Shown: one piece after another, positions 36,704 to 46,729 of the stretch | Layout: each line of letters opens with the position of its first letter | Numbering within the stretch: position 1 is the first letter of the stretch | Source: Patescibacteria group bacterium | GTDB taxonomy: Bacteria > Patescibacteriota > Saccharimonadia > Saccharimonadales > JANWIN01 | DNA: 64,000 nt | Reading direction: 5' to 3' | NCBI GenBank assembly: GCA_035480855.1 | Contig: DATIHJ010000019.1 | Location: forward strand, 16,096-80,095 | The notes under the pieces: model-generated | What the model was told of the DNA's origin: nothing | Seen by the model: the letters and a program-made list of their open reading frames with translations, nothing else | Database searches by the model: none | Program-made: the position numbers and the translations under genes

Positions 36704-38050
36704 ATGGCTAAGAAAAACAGTGTGCAGTTTGTGTGTAGTAATTGCGGGGCGCTTAGTAGTACATGGTCCGGGCGCTGCCACGTATGCGGCGAGTGGAATA
36801 CGCTGCAGGAACAGATCAGTATAGACCCAAAGGCAATTAATCAGGGAGCAGTCCTAAAACCTCAGAGCGTTGCCAAACTTGCCAAACACGACCAACTAAC
36901 CCGCCTTAAAACAGGTGTGGATGAGGTAGACAATGTGCTGGGAGGAGGTTTTGTGGCAGGTAGTGTAAGCCTGATCGCAGGTGAGCCCGGCATAGGCAAA
37001 AGTACACTCCTCTTACAGCTGGCCAATGCTGTTGCAGCAAAAGAGACCGTTCTGTACATAAGCGGTGAGGAATCTGCTCATCAGATAGGTTTGCGCGCTC
37101 AACGTCTGGGCGCAAGCCAACCCAAATTACAGCTTGCTACTAGCAACACGGCTGACGATGTAGCAACCACCATCGCTCAGGGACAATACAAGCTAGTTAT
37201 TATTGACTCAATTCAGACGATTACTGTAAGTGGGGTTAGCTCTGCCGCCGGCACAGTTAGCCAGATATCTGGTAGCACTCAACTCCTGACCGCAGCGGCT
37301 AAGCAGACTAATACAGCACTAATCTTGGTTGGGCATGTCACCAAAGAAGGCTCCATTGCCGGGCCAAAAGTGTTGGAACATCTAGTAGATGTTGTATTGC
37401 AGCTAGAGGGTGACCGTTATGGTGGATTCAAACTACTTAGAAGTATAAAAAATCGTTATGGCTCTACCAATGAGGCTGGCATATTTGAAATGGTAGACAA
37501 TGGCTTGCAGCCAGTCACAAACCCGTCTGCATCGTTACTAGCCGAGAGACAGGTAAGTGACGGCTCTGTAGTTCTGGCCACAATGGAAGGATCGAGGCCC
37601 CTGCTTGTAGAAGTCCAAGCGCTAGTCAACAAAACTAGCTATGGCTACCCCAAGCGTGCTGCCAGCGGAATTGACCTGAACCGGGTAAACTTATTAGTGG
37701 CAATGCTTGAGCGGCGCACCAAACTGAATCTGTCAGACAAAGATATCTATCTAAACATCGTCGGCGGCATACGGATCACAGAACCTGCAGCTGACCTAGC
37801 AGTTTGCATGGCTATAGCCTCTGCTGCAAAAGGAATGCAACTACGCAAAAATGCTGTTGTATTTGGAGAGGTTGGACTTTCCGGAGAAGTACGCCACGTG
37901 CCGTTTGTAGATAAGCGAGTAGCTGAGGCAAAAAAACTAGGCTTTGTAGGTGCCATTGGCCCAGTTATAAGGACAGGTAAAAAGCCCGCAAGCCTATTTG
38001 GCGTACGTGATATACGAACAGCTCTTAACGAATTTCTCGAAAAAGATTAA
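36704..38050 (+). CDS. radA: DNA repair protein RadA
   Basis: 448 aa with an N-terminal C4 zinc finger (CSNCG...CHVCGEW), Walker A GEPGIGKST, KNRYG (the KNRFG motif) and a Lon-like C-terminal domain. Confidence 0.94.
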   Translation: MAKKNSVQFVCSNCGALSSTWSGRCHVCGEWNTLQEQISIDPKAINQGAVLKPQSVAKLAKHDQLTRLKTGVDEVDNVLGGGFVAGSVSLIAGEPGIGKSTLLLQLANAVAAKETVLYISGEESAHQIGLRAQRLGASQPKLQLATSNTADDVATTIAQGQYKLVIIDSIQTITVSGVSSAAGTVSQISGSTQLLTAAAKQTNTALILVGHVTKEGSIAGPKVLEHLVDVVLQLEGDRYGGFKLLRSIKNRYGSTNEAGIFEMVDNGLQPVTNPSASLLAERQVSDGSVVLATMEGSRPLLVEVQALVNKTSYGYPKRAASGIDLNRVNLLVAMLERRTKLNLSDKDIYLNIVGGIRITEPAADLAVCMAIASAAKGMQLRKNAVVFGEVGLSGEVRHVPFVDKRVAEAKKLGFVGAIGPVIRTGKKPASLFGVRDIRTALNEFLEKD

Positions 38051-41000
38051 TTGACGTTGGCTGTTGCAGCTGCGCCAGTGCTATCTTTGACTACCACAGG
38101 AGTGTTGTGAGGAGCGACTGCAGATGAAACAGTACATGTTGAACCTGAAACATTTGTACACGATGCGTATGGAGTAGAATTGCCGGTCTTGTACACATTA
38201 AAAGGCCCAGTGCCTCCAGACCAAGTAAACTTCGTATTAATGCCGTTGATGGTTGCTACTAGGTTGCTTAGCGGCTGAGCCGCTCCGGCTAAATTTACAG
38301 TAGCCTGCGCACTAGTGCTGTCATATAACACACTGTCAATTACTTGAATAGCCATCGTTACAGATCCAGAACCGCTATAAGTAAAGCTGACATTGCTAGG
38401 TGAGTCTGAAACCTGTTTGGTCTGTACAACCTGACCGTTGACTATCAGATTGACCGTACCTGGGAACTGGGGATATTGGGGATCACTAAACGGATGGGTA
38501 CCAGCCGTGACAGCTGTAGTTATATTGCACGAATCATTACAGCTGATTGAGTTACCGGCGGTGGCATCCTGGCCATCTACATAAAATGATGCAACGCTTG
38601 GTGGGCTGTCACTGCACTGGTGTACATCATCATTGGCGCTCGTATTTGCTCCTGAGCTCAGGGCTCCACTGCCAAAGAATATGTCTACAGAGAATGAATT
38701 AGCATCCCCGCCTGTTGTCTGTTGCTTAGCTAGATTGGGTGTACAGCTAGTAGCTAACTTGTTTGAGACTTTATCAATGCTAGCATTGGTGACCTTGGAG
38801 GGCGCATTGTACCAGCCAGGAAACAGGTCAGTAGCAGGGCTTGGCTCAATATCGCCATAGTGGATGTGGTTGTGAACTACAAACGCGGGTAGTGTTTTGA
38901 CGGTACTAGGTTGGACCCAATTGACCGGTTTGATGTTAGCGTGGGCAGCTTCCATCCAGCCCCGAGTGAGCGGCTCTGTAAGCGTTTCCATGGTGGTATT
39001 GAGGTTAACGCGACGTGTATGATTGCCTACCCAAGATACTACAGCGTATCTAGTAGACCAGCTTGTCATAAGACCATCAAAGCCGTCGTTAGTAGTACCA
39101 GTCTTGACCGCAAAGTTCCAACCGTTATCGCGCTGGAATTTGTAACCGCCATGGGACAGCGGAGTACAGGTTGTGGCGGTACAGCTACCAGGCAGGTAGC
39201 TGGCGTTAGGGTCACTAGCAATATTGTCCACTATGTAGGCGCTATCTGCCTTAATCACTTGCTTGGCCTTAGGTTGCTGGAACGCATATACGTTTTTGTT
39301 GGCTGAGTCAGTAATCTTTAGAATGTATGTGCGCGGGATAGCTTGCCCCAGTCTGGCTAGAGTAGATAACCCATTTACGTGGTCGTCTAGATGTAAAAAC
39401 GCACCGTCACCTATAGCTGAGGCGCCATAACATTGGGTGGTTTGTGTTAAGGCAGTATTGGCATAGCAATTGTAAGTGCTACCGCTGTTGTACGGGTTAT
39501 CCATCATAGCACTGGCTGTGGATATAACTTTGTTGATAGAGGCTACATGGCCGCTACTAGTGTCATTTGGCACGGAAGAAAGCATGGCCTTAACAGCGGG
39601 AATGTTTCTTGACCCACCCAGGGCGTAGCGAAGTGTAATGGGACCGGGATTCAAGAAGTCGTAATCTTGCAAACAATTGCCACCATTTTTGGGCAAGGCC
39701 TTGTTAGTGCATGGATAACCTGGTATTGGTCCCACTTGGTCATACATGACAGAGCCCGCTCCGACGTTATTATTATTGTCTATCAAAGTAGTGTAATCAT
39801 ATGGTTTAAAACTGGAGCCAGGCGGTACCAAGATGCCGGCTGCATAGTTATTTTGTCCATGATCGGCATTGCTAAAGTCAGTGCCTCCCACCAAAGAGAC
39901 AATTTGGCCGGTTTGTACATCCTCCCCTACAATTGCTTCTTCGTCCGCACCGTATCTACTGACATTATGCAAGTTTGTAGCTACTAGTTGTTCGGCCGTG
40001 CTTTGCAGGCCCATATCAAGAGTAGTAATGACTTTCCAGCCACCTCGGTTGACGGTACTCGAGCCATACTTATTATCTAGTTCACTTTTGGCAGCCAAGA
40101 CAAAGTAAGGAGCCTTAATGCCAGCATATTTGTTTTGTTGCGGTTGAATTTTGGCAACTACATCTACCTTTTTGGCGGCATCTGCTTGGGCTTTCGTTAC
40201 CATATGTTGCTGAACCATAAGGTCTAGGATGTAATGCTGTCTTTCTACTAAGTCCTTGTTTGCCGTTGCAGGGTCTTGTTTATAAATAGAGCCATACGGC
40301 GAGTAGTAAGATGGCGACTTAGGAATGGCTGCCAGAAAGGCAGCTTCGTCTAGCGTTAAATCTTTAGCAGATTTATGGAAGTAATCATTAGATGCCGCCT
40401 CGACACCATACTCTATATTGCCGTAGGGAGCTACGTTGAGATAGCCAGTCAATATCTGATCTTTGGAATATTCCCTTTCAAGCTCTACGGCTAGAATTAG
40501 CTCCTTAACTTTACGGCTAACGGTACGGTTGCCGGTCCAGTTCTGCGTAAGCTTGACTAGCTGTTGAGTAATGGTGGAACCACCTTGAGTGCCTCCATGT
40601 CCAAAACTATCGGCTACACCGGCGCGAATAATTCCACGTACATCAAATCCGCCATGCTTGTAAAAGTCCTTATCTTCTACTGCTACAGTAGCTTGCTTCA
40701 CGTATTTAGATATATTTGGATCACTAACTGGTATGCGCTTAACGGCATCATAGTCCTGCCAAAGCAGATTATTGCCAGTTTTATCGTAATAACTAATGCT
40801 GCCGCCTATATTACTGCCAGAAACATCGGTAATGTTGGGTAGATCCTTACGGAAATAGGCAAATAGACCAACCAATATTACGAACCCAGCAGCGATACCA
40901 ATACCCAATATTTTAAGGGCCATGATGCCGCCGTCACGGCTAATCCAGTACTTGTACATGCGTTTAGGCTGAAAATGATAAAGAAAACGCTTGAGGCGGG

Positions 41001-41172
41001 CTTTTGGTAGTCCAGCTTTACGTTCTGCCTTACGGCGTTCTTTGTCGTCCTTACTGCCAACCCATTTTTGCAACAGATTACGATGTACTTTAATAACGTT
41101 CCCACTCTTAGTAGTAAAATAATTCTTGCCAACTTTGCGCCGGCCACCACCTGAACTTTTTTTGGCACTCAT
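38047..41172 (-). CDS. Class A penicillin-binding protein (PBP1A-type) with long terminal extensions
   Basis: 1041 aa with a basic cytoplasmic tail and TM. Glycosyltransferase motifs are EDKDFYKHGG, GGSTITQQ and RKVKE. Transpeptidase motifs are SSFKP, SRN and KTGT. About 250 aa of S/T/N/G-rich extension follows at the C-terminus. Confidence 0.9.
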   Translation of the reverse strand: MSAKKSSGGGRRKVGKNYFTTKSGNVIKVHRNLLQKWVGSKDDKERRKAERKAGLPKARLKRFLYHFQPKRMYKYWISRDGGIMALKILGIGIAAGFVILVGLFAYFRKDLPNITDVSGSNIGGSISYYDKTGNNLLWQDYDAVKRIPVSDPNISKYVKQATVAVEDKDFYKHGGFDVRGIIRAGVADSFGHGGTQGGSTITQQLVKLTQNWTGNRTVSRKVKELILAVELEREYSKDQILTGYLNVAPYGNIEYGVEAASNDYFHKSAKDLTLDEAAFLAAIPKSPSYYSPYGSIYKQDPATANKDLVERQHYILDLMVQQHMVTKAQADAAKKVDVVAKIQPQQNKYAGIKAPYFVLAAKSELDNKYGSSTVNRGGWKVITTLDMGLQSTAEQLVATNLHNVSRYGADEEAIVGEDVQTGQIVSLVGGTDFSNADHGQNNYAAGILVPPGSSFKPYDYTTLIDNNNNVGAGSVMYDQVGPIPGYPCTNKALPKNGGNCLQDYDFLNPGPITLRYALGGSRNIPAVKAMLSSVPNDTSSGHVASINKVISTASAMMDNPYNSGSTYNCYANTALTQTTQCYGASAIGDGAFLHLDDHVNGLSTLARLGQAIPRTYILKITDSANKNVYAFQQPKAKQVIKADSAYIVDNIASDPNASYLPGSCTATTCTPLSHGGYKFQRDNGWNFAVKTGTTNDGFDGLMTSWSTRYAVVSWVGNHTRRVNLNTTMETLTEPLTRGWMEAAHANIKPVNWVQPSTVKTLPAFVVHNHIHYGDIEPSPATDLFPGWYNAPSKVTNASIDKVSNKLATSCTPNLAKQQTTGGDANSFSVDIFFGSGALSSGANTSANDDVHQCSDSPPSVASFYVDGQDATAGNSISCNDSCNITTAVTAGTHPFSDPQYPQFPGTVNLIVNGQVVQTKQVSDSPSNVSFTYSGSGSVTMAIQVIDSVLYDSTSAQATVNLAGAAQPLSNLVATINGINTKFTWSGGTGPFNVYKTGNSTPYASCTNVSGSTCTVSSAVAPHNTPVVVKDSTGAAATANVN

Positions 41173-41318
41173 GTGTCTATTCGAAAACTCCTTAGAGGTA
41201 CAGATATTATAGCAAATTTACTCATTCGACAACGATTGATATTTGGCATAATCATGGCCGCATATGTAAGTCTAATCCTGTATACTGAGAAAAAGGTAAT
41301 GAATATAGAGAAGCACAA

Positions 41319-42518
41319 ATGACACTATCAGAAGAGCTGGCCTGGCGCGGCTTTATAAATCAATCAACTCTTGCAGATATAAAGACACTTGATAAGAAAA
41401 AGTGGACGTTTTACCACGGTTATGATGCGTCCTCTGATTCACTGACAATTGGTAACCTAGCCGCCCTAATGTTTGATCGTGCATTTGTCCGGCATGGTCA
41501 CAAAGCAATTATGCTAGCTGGCGGAGCTACAAGTCTAATTGGTGATCCGGGAGGTAAGAACGAAGAGCGACCACTACAACCAATCGAACAGGTTGAAGCT
41601 AATGTCGCCAAAGTTAAACAACAGATAGAAAAGCTTTTTGGTCATGACGTGCATATGGCAAACAATCTTACTTGGTTCAAGGATATGCCCGTTCTGACAT
41701 TTCTACGTGATGTTGGCAAACATTTTTCTATGACTCCGCTTGTTCAGAGGGACTACATAGCCAAACGGCTCGGGGAAGGTGGAGCTGGCATTAGTTATAC
41801 TGAAATCAGCTACACGCTTCTTCAGGGCTACGATTTCCTACACTTGCATAAACATCATGAGGCCAATCTGCAACTAGCTGGATCCGACCAGTGGGGAAAC
41901 TGTCTGTCTGGCGTTGAACTTGTCCGCAAAGTCACGGGTGACGAAGTGCACGCCATCACAATGCCACTGATTATCAACAAAACTACAGGAATTAAATTCG
42001 GCAAAAGCGAAGGTGGTGCTGTTTGGCTTGACCCGGATAAAACTAGCCCAATCGATTTCTATCAGTTCTGGATCAACGTAGACGATGATAGTGTTGGCGA
42101 CTACCTAAAGATCTTTACTGAGCTAGACAAAGAGCAGATTGCCAAGGTCATGGAAGAGTTTGAAAATGATAAACCAAACCGCCATGCACAAAAAACGCTC
42201 GCATATGAGGTTACAAAGCTAGTACATGGAGCAAAGGAAGCCGACAATGCTAACGCACAAGCAGTTAAACTGGGACAAGCAACACAGTCTTCGACTGGGC
42301 AGATCAAAATCGGAGATAGTGTGGTTGATGTTCTGGTCAAGTATGGTCTGGGAACATCCAAGACTGAGGCTCGACAGCTTTTGAGTGCCGGAGGCGTATA
42401 TATAAATAACAAGCAGAGTACCAAGACAACTTTTGAAGCATCTGACTTCCAGGACGGGAGGCTGATACTGCGTCGGGGCAAAACTCTCCGCAACACTGTT
42501 GTCCTTAGGCTACGCTAA
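41319..42518 (+). CDS. tyrS: Tyrosyl-tRNA synthetase (non-canonical HIGH motif)
   Basis: 399 aa. GYDASSDSLTIGNLA aligns to GFDPTADSLHIGHLA. KFGKS (KMSKS) and a C-terminal S4 domain are present. Confidence 0.9.
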   Translation: MTLSEELAWRGFINQSTLADIKTLDKKKWTFYHGYDASSDSLTIGNLAALMFDRAFVRHGHKAIMLAGGATSLIGDPGGKNEERPLQPIEQVEANVAKVKQQIEKLFGHDVHMANNLTWFKDMPVLTFLRDVGKHFSMTPLVQRDYIAKRLGEGGAGISYTEISYTLLQGYDFLHLHKHHEANLQLAGSDQWGNCLSGVELVRKVTGDEVHAITMPLIINKTTGIKFGKSEGGAVWLDPDKTSPIDFYQFWINVDDDSVGDYLKIFTELDKEQIAKVMEEFENDKPNRHAQKTLAYEVTKLVHGAKEADNANAQAVKLGQATQSSTGQIKIGDSVVDVLVKYGLGTSKTEARQLLSAGGVYINNKQSTKTTFEASDFQDGRLILRRGKTLRNTVVLRLR

Positions 42519-42519
42519 C

Positions 42520-42528
42520 TGCTACACT
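42520..42528 (+). promoter_or_regulatory. Extended -10 box (TGCTACACT) 8 nt upstream of the ATG at 42537
   Basis: TACACT lies at 42523-42528. There is no Shine-Dalgarno. Confidence 0.35.
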
Positions 42529-42536
42529 AGGCTGCA

Positions 42537-43298
42537 ATGGCAAAAACACATAAAAAAGCCGACCAATATAATGATCCATCACATAACTATCTACATTACT
42601 GGGATGGCCGTGATTACGAGAACGCTGCCGAGCAGATAGCTATAAAGAGACTTCTGAAGGGCAAACACTTTGGACATGCCGTGGATGTGGGTGGTGGTTA
42701 TGGTCGTTTGTGCCTGTTACTAGAAAATTACGCAGACAAAGTCACTTTGGCCGAGCCGTCTCAGCAGCAGCTTGATATTGCCAAAGATTTCCTCAAAGAT
42801 CATCCAGAGATTGACCGCAAACTAACACAAGCAGACGACCTTTCATTCAATGATGGTTCGGTGGACCTTCTTACTATGATAAGAGTTATGCATCACTTGC
42901 CGGATCCAAGCACTGAGTTTAGGGAAATATACCGCGTCTTGGCCCAAGATGGAACATTTATATTAGAGGTCGCTAACTATGCTCATGCCCGTAACCGCCT
43001 CAAGCACATCTTGAAGGCTAAAAAAATGCCAATTGATCCAGTAGATATTCGTTCTGAGCAAAACAAGAAAGAAAGTGACATAGCGTTTGTAAATCACAAT
43101 CCAAAAACAGTTATCAAACAGTTGGCACATGCAGGATTTAAGGTCAAACGTACACTGTCTGTATCTAATCTGCGCTCGCCAGCCCTCAAAAAGATTATCC
43201 CCATGGGTGGCATGCTGGCAGTAGAACGTGTCTTGCAGCCAACTCTTTCCAAAACCTACTTTGGACCCAGCGTCTTCTTACTGATCCAAAAAGCCTAG
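42537..43298 (+). CDS. Class I SAM-dependent methyltransferase
   Basis: 253 aa with motif I VDVGGGYGR plus post-I and motif II spacing typical of Methyltransf_11/25 enzymes. Confidence 0.75.
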   Translation: MAKTHKKADQYNDPSHNYLHYWDGRDYENAAEQIAIKRLLKGKHFGHAVDVGGGYGRLCLLLENYADKVTLAEPSQQQLDIAKDFLKDHPEIDRKLTQADDLSFNDGSVDLLTMIRVMHHLPDPSTEFREIYRVLAQDGTFILEVANYAHARNRLKHILKAKKMPIDPVDIRSEQNKKESDIAFVNHNPKTVIKQLAHAGFKVKRTLSVSNLRSPALKKIIPMGGMLAVERVLQPTLSKTYFGPSVFLLIQKA

Positions 43299-43321
43299 CC
43301 ACATCATCTATACTAGGTGAT

Positions 43322-45361
43322 GTGAAACTAGAGAGTCCGTTGACTGATATTAAGGGGGTTGGGGAGACACTTGCCAAAAAGTATGCAGTGCTTGGCATCC
43401 ATACCGTGGCTGATCTAATTGATTATTACCCGCGCCGTTATGATGATTATTCCCAAGTGCAACAGATTGCAGATATTAAGCCAGGAGTGATTACACTCAG
43501 GGTATCTATCAAGCAAGCAAAAGGCCGTTATGTTCGCCGTGGCATGCACATAACAGAGGCAGTAGCGAGTGATAGTACAGGCAGTGTTCGTTTAATATGG
43601 TTTAACCAACCTTACAGAGCTGCTGCCATTAAGCCTGACGCACTGTACTACGTTTCCGGGCAATTTGAGCTAAGCCACCAGAAGTTTTCTGTTATGAACC
43701 CTTCTATGGAACTAGTTAGTGAGTTTCCTGTTAATACTGCACGGATTGTTCCTATTTACAGGGAAATTAAAGGTAGCAAGTCATTAGAAATCCGTCGTAT
43801 GCTGCGTGAGGTCGCACCACTTATTCGCTCCCTATCAGAAACTCTCCCTACCTGGCTTATAGCCCAGCAAAAACTAATGAGCCGTAGCGAAGCTCTTATG
43901 GCCATGCATTTTCCAGAAAGTTCAAAACAACTGGAACAGGCACAAAGAAGGCTGGGTTTTGAAGAAGTCTTCGGGCTGAGCCTTGCTAGTCTTCTGAACA
44001 AAAACGAACTTGCCCAGGAAGTAGCACTAGCTATTCCGTTTAAGCAACAGCTAGCGCGTGACTTTGTGGATCATTTGCCGTTTAAACTTACTGACGCCCA
44101 AAGGAAAGTAACCTGGCGTATTTATCAGGACCTAGAGAAGTCTCGTCCCATGAACAGGCTAATCGAGGGTGATGTTGGCTCAGGTAAGACGGTAGTAGCC
44201 ACTATGGCGGCGCTTATGGCCATGGAGCAAGGCTTTCAGGTGGCATTTATGGCACCAACCGAGCTTTTAGCGCGCCAACACGCGGATACTGTTCACAAGC
44301 TTTTGGAGCCACTAGGCTACGCTGGGCAAGTAGGTATGCTTATTGGCAGCCTAAAGCCAGCCCAAAAGGCTGAAGCTCACAAACGTGTCAAGAAGGGGGA
44401 TATACGCTTAATCATTGGCACGCACGCGCTTATTGCAGAAAAAGTGGATATGCACAAACTAGGACTGGTAATCATAGACGAGCAGCACCGTTTTGGTGTG
44501 GAGCAGCGCAAAAAACTCCAAGCCAAGGCCGGCCATGCATTGCATGTAATCAGCATGACCGCTACACCTATTCCTCGTAGTTTGGCATTGACTCTTTATG
44601 GAGAGCTAGACATTTCTGTAATAGATACTAAGCCTCTTGGCCGTAAGCCCATTATTACTAAAATTGTCTCACCCAACTCGCGCGCACAGTTATACGCAAA
44701 GATTGATAAGGAGTTAAATGCCGGTCGCCAACTATTTGTCGTTACACCACTAATAACCGAATCTGAAGTTAGCAAAGCCAGCAAGTCTGCAGAAAAAGTC
44801 TATGAAGAGCTCAGCAAAGGTCCGTTTAAGCATAGAAAAGTAGGACTATTGCATGGCAAGATGAAATCAGAAGATAAAGCAAAGGTAATGGGCGATTTTG
44901 TAGCCCATAAACTAGATGTTTTGGTAGCGACCACGGTTATAGAAGTGGGTGTAGACGTACCAAACGCTACAGTCATGTTAATTGAGGATGCCGAACGGTT
45001 TGGGCTAGCACAAATACACCAGCTACGAGGACGGGTGGGCAGGAGCGAACACCAAGGCTATTGCTATCTTATGCTTAGCGATTCCAAGGCTCCCAGTCGA
45101 CGTTTGCGGGCGGTGGAAGGTTCATCCGACGGTTTTGAGCTAGCTGAGCTAGACCTTGACATTCGCGGACCTGGAGCCATTTATGGCACCATGCAGCACG
45201 GCCAGCTTGACTTGAGAGTAGCTAAATTAACAGATGTAAAATTAATTTCCGCAGCTCGACAGGCAGCCCAAGAGTTTATAGACACGGGTGCAAATCTGCT
45301 ACAATACAAAGAGCTACAAGCGCGCGTTAAAAATCTTCGCGCTGTTACAAACCTAAACTAA
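43322..45361 (+). CDS. recG: ATP-dependent DNA helicase RecG
   Basis: 679 aa with a GTG start. It has a wedge/OB N-terminal domain, GDVGSGKT, DEQHRFG, and QLRGRVGR. Confidence 0.93.
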   Translation: MKLESPLTDIKGVGETLAKKYAVLGIHTVADLIDYYPRRYDDYSQVQQIADIKPGVITLRVSIKQAKGRYVRRGMHITEAVASDSTGSVRLIWFNQPYRAAAIKPDALYYVSGQFELSHQKFSVMNPSMELVSEFPVNTARIVPIYREIKGSKSLEIRRMLREVAPLIRSLSETLPTWLIAQQKLMSRSEALMAMHFPESSKQLEQAQRRLGFEEVFGLSLASLLNKNELAQEVALAIPFKQQLARDFVDHLPFKLTDAQRKVTWRIYQDLEKSRPMNRLIEGDVGSGKTVVATMAALMAMEQGFQVAFMAPTELLARQHADTVHKLLEPLGYAGQVGMLIGSLKPAQKAEAHKRVKKGDIRLIIGTHALIAEKVDMHKLGLVIIDEQHRFGVEQRKKLQAKAGHALHVISMTATPIPRSLALTLYGELDISVIDTKPLGRKPIITKIVSPNSRAQLYAKIDKELNAGRQLFVVTPLITESEVSKASKSAEKVYEELSKGPFKHRKVGLLHGKMKSEDKAKVMGDFVAHKLDVLVATTVIEVGVDVPNATVMLIEDAERFGLAQIHQLRGRVGRSEHQGYCYLMLSDSKAPSRRLRAVEGSSDGFELAELDLDIRGPGAIYGTMQHGQLDLRVAKLTDVKLISAARQAAQEFIDTGANLLQYKELQARVKNLRAVTNLN

Positions 45362-45364
45362 CAT

Positions 45365-46183
45365 ATGTATTCAGGAACAACACTTACTAAGATATCGGGC
45401 CGTGTCATGGGTGCACACCAAAAGATTGATAGAGTAGCCCGGCGGCACTTAGCATTAATAGTTGGAAGCAGTAATATATTTCCTAGTATTGGTAAGATAT
45501 TGCAATTTGAGGGCAAAAATGGACCCGATGGTATAAAACGTAAAAGCCCGGCTAAGGATGAACCTTGGCACTATTACAGTCCATTCAACAATGACGATTC
45601 CCAACTGATTGAGTTAATCCAGGATCATTACAGATTATTAGTCCAACAGCTAAAACTTAATAACAAAGAAAGAGTTGCCTTTGAAGCTGCCTGGCTTGCT
45701 CATGCTATTGTTGACGGGCTTACACCTGCACATCACTATCCATACGAAAAAGAATTAGAAGAACTGAGAGGCGAAGGTTTGGAAACAAGGACGACATTAA
45801 AGGGTAAATTACTTATACCAGGCGACACTAAGCGCAAACAAGTAAAAAATAATTGGAAAATGTGGGGACCAAAAGGGTTAATCACGACACATGGATTATT
45901 TGAGTTTGGAATTGCCTCTATTATAAAACCGCTTGGATTCAGTGATGCTACGCCCACCAAGGAAGAGCTGCAGAAAATTAAGGAAATTGGAATCGTAGAA
46001 TGGTTTAAACGCTCTGCCCGTGAAATTGCCGTGCTTGATATGTATAACAGATACCATCATCGTGGCTGGTCTACCCGGCTTACACTAGATGTAAGACAAA
46101 AATTAGCACCGAATATAATCAAAACGGTTACACTGGCCTGGTACTCTGCAATGGCAGAAGCGGGTTTAATCGAGCAGTCATGA
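45365..46183 (+). CDS. Hypothetical protein (272 aa), possibly a zinc-dependent PLC / P1-nuclease-like fold
   Basis: The ORF is tightly packed between recG (3-nt gap) and rsmD (4-nt overlap). The His/Asp-rich motif AWLAHAIVDGLTPAHH (45692-45736) resembles the xHxxxDxxxPxH motif of Zn-dependent phospholipase C-like proteins. This assignment is tentative. Confidence 0.5.
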   Translation: MYSGTTLTKISGRVMGAHQKIDRVARRHLALIVGSSNIFPSIGKILQFEGKNGPDGIKRKSPAKDEPWHYYSPFNNDDSQLIELIQDHYRLLVQQLKLNNKERVAFEAAWLAHAIVDGLTPAHHYPYEKELEELRGEGLETRTTLKGKLLIPGDTKRKQVKNNWKMWGPKGLITTHGLFEFGIASIIKPLGFSDATPTKEELQKIKEIGIVEWFKRSAREIAVLDMYNRYHHRGWSTRLTLDVRQKLAPNIIKTVTLAWYSAMAEAGLIEQS

Positions 46184-46713
46184 GAGTTATAGCTGGAACT
46201 TTGGGTGGCAGACAGTTTGACGCACCCAAAGGCCAACGGACTCATCCAATGAGCGACAAGGTACGTGGCGGCTTATTTAATACCTTGGGCGATATATCAG
46301 GATTAAATGTGCTAGATGCTTTTGCTGGCAGTGGGGCACTTAGCTTAGAGGCCATTAGCCGTGGTGCCGCACACGCCACAGCCATAGATATAGATAAAAA
46401 TGCCCACCAAACACTTATGGAGAATGTCAGGCAGTTAGATGTTGATGATGCAGTAAAGTCAATCCGTGCCAATGCTAGCGGCTGGTCAGACAATAACCTT
46501 AACTCTGTGTTTGATTTGGTGTTTGCTGCGCCACCATACGACGATCTACGACTGCCTTTACTGCAGAAGCTAACTAAGCACGTCAAAGACAATGGTTTAT
46601 ACGTATTGGACTGGCCCGGCAAGTCTAATACGCCAGAATTTGAGGGACTAGAAGTTATCAAAGAGCAAGATTACGGAGATGCCAAACTAGTGTTTTACCG
46701 TAAAATTTCGTAA
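46180..46713 (+). CDS. rsmD: 16S rRNA (guanine966-N2)-methyltransferase RsmD
   Basis: 177 aa with RVIAGTLGGR, LDAFAGSGALSLEAISRGA and an AAPPY (DPPY-type) motif. Confidence 0.88.
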   Translation: MRVIAGTLGGRQFDAPKGQRTHPMSDKVRGGLFNTLGDISGLNVLDAFAGSGALSLEAISRGAAHATAIDIDKNAHQTLMENVRQLDVDDAVKSIRANASGWSDNNLNSVFDLVFAAPPYDDLRLPLLQKLTKHVKDNGLYVLDWPGKSNTPEFEGLEVIKEQDYGDAKLVFYRKIS

Positions 46714-46729
46714 AATACAGTCTGTTTAT

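Noticed and set aside
41173-41318. Possible T-box riboswitch upstream of tyrS (and similarly upstream of hisS)
   Set aside because: The 146-nt intergenic region also houses the divergent PBP1A promoter and leader. I found no T-box consensus (AGGGTGGNACCGCG-like), specifier-loop or antiterminator architecture. The hisS leader is only about 5 nt.
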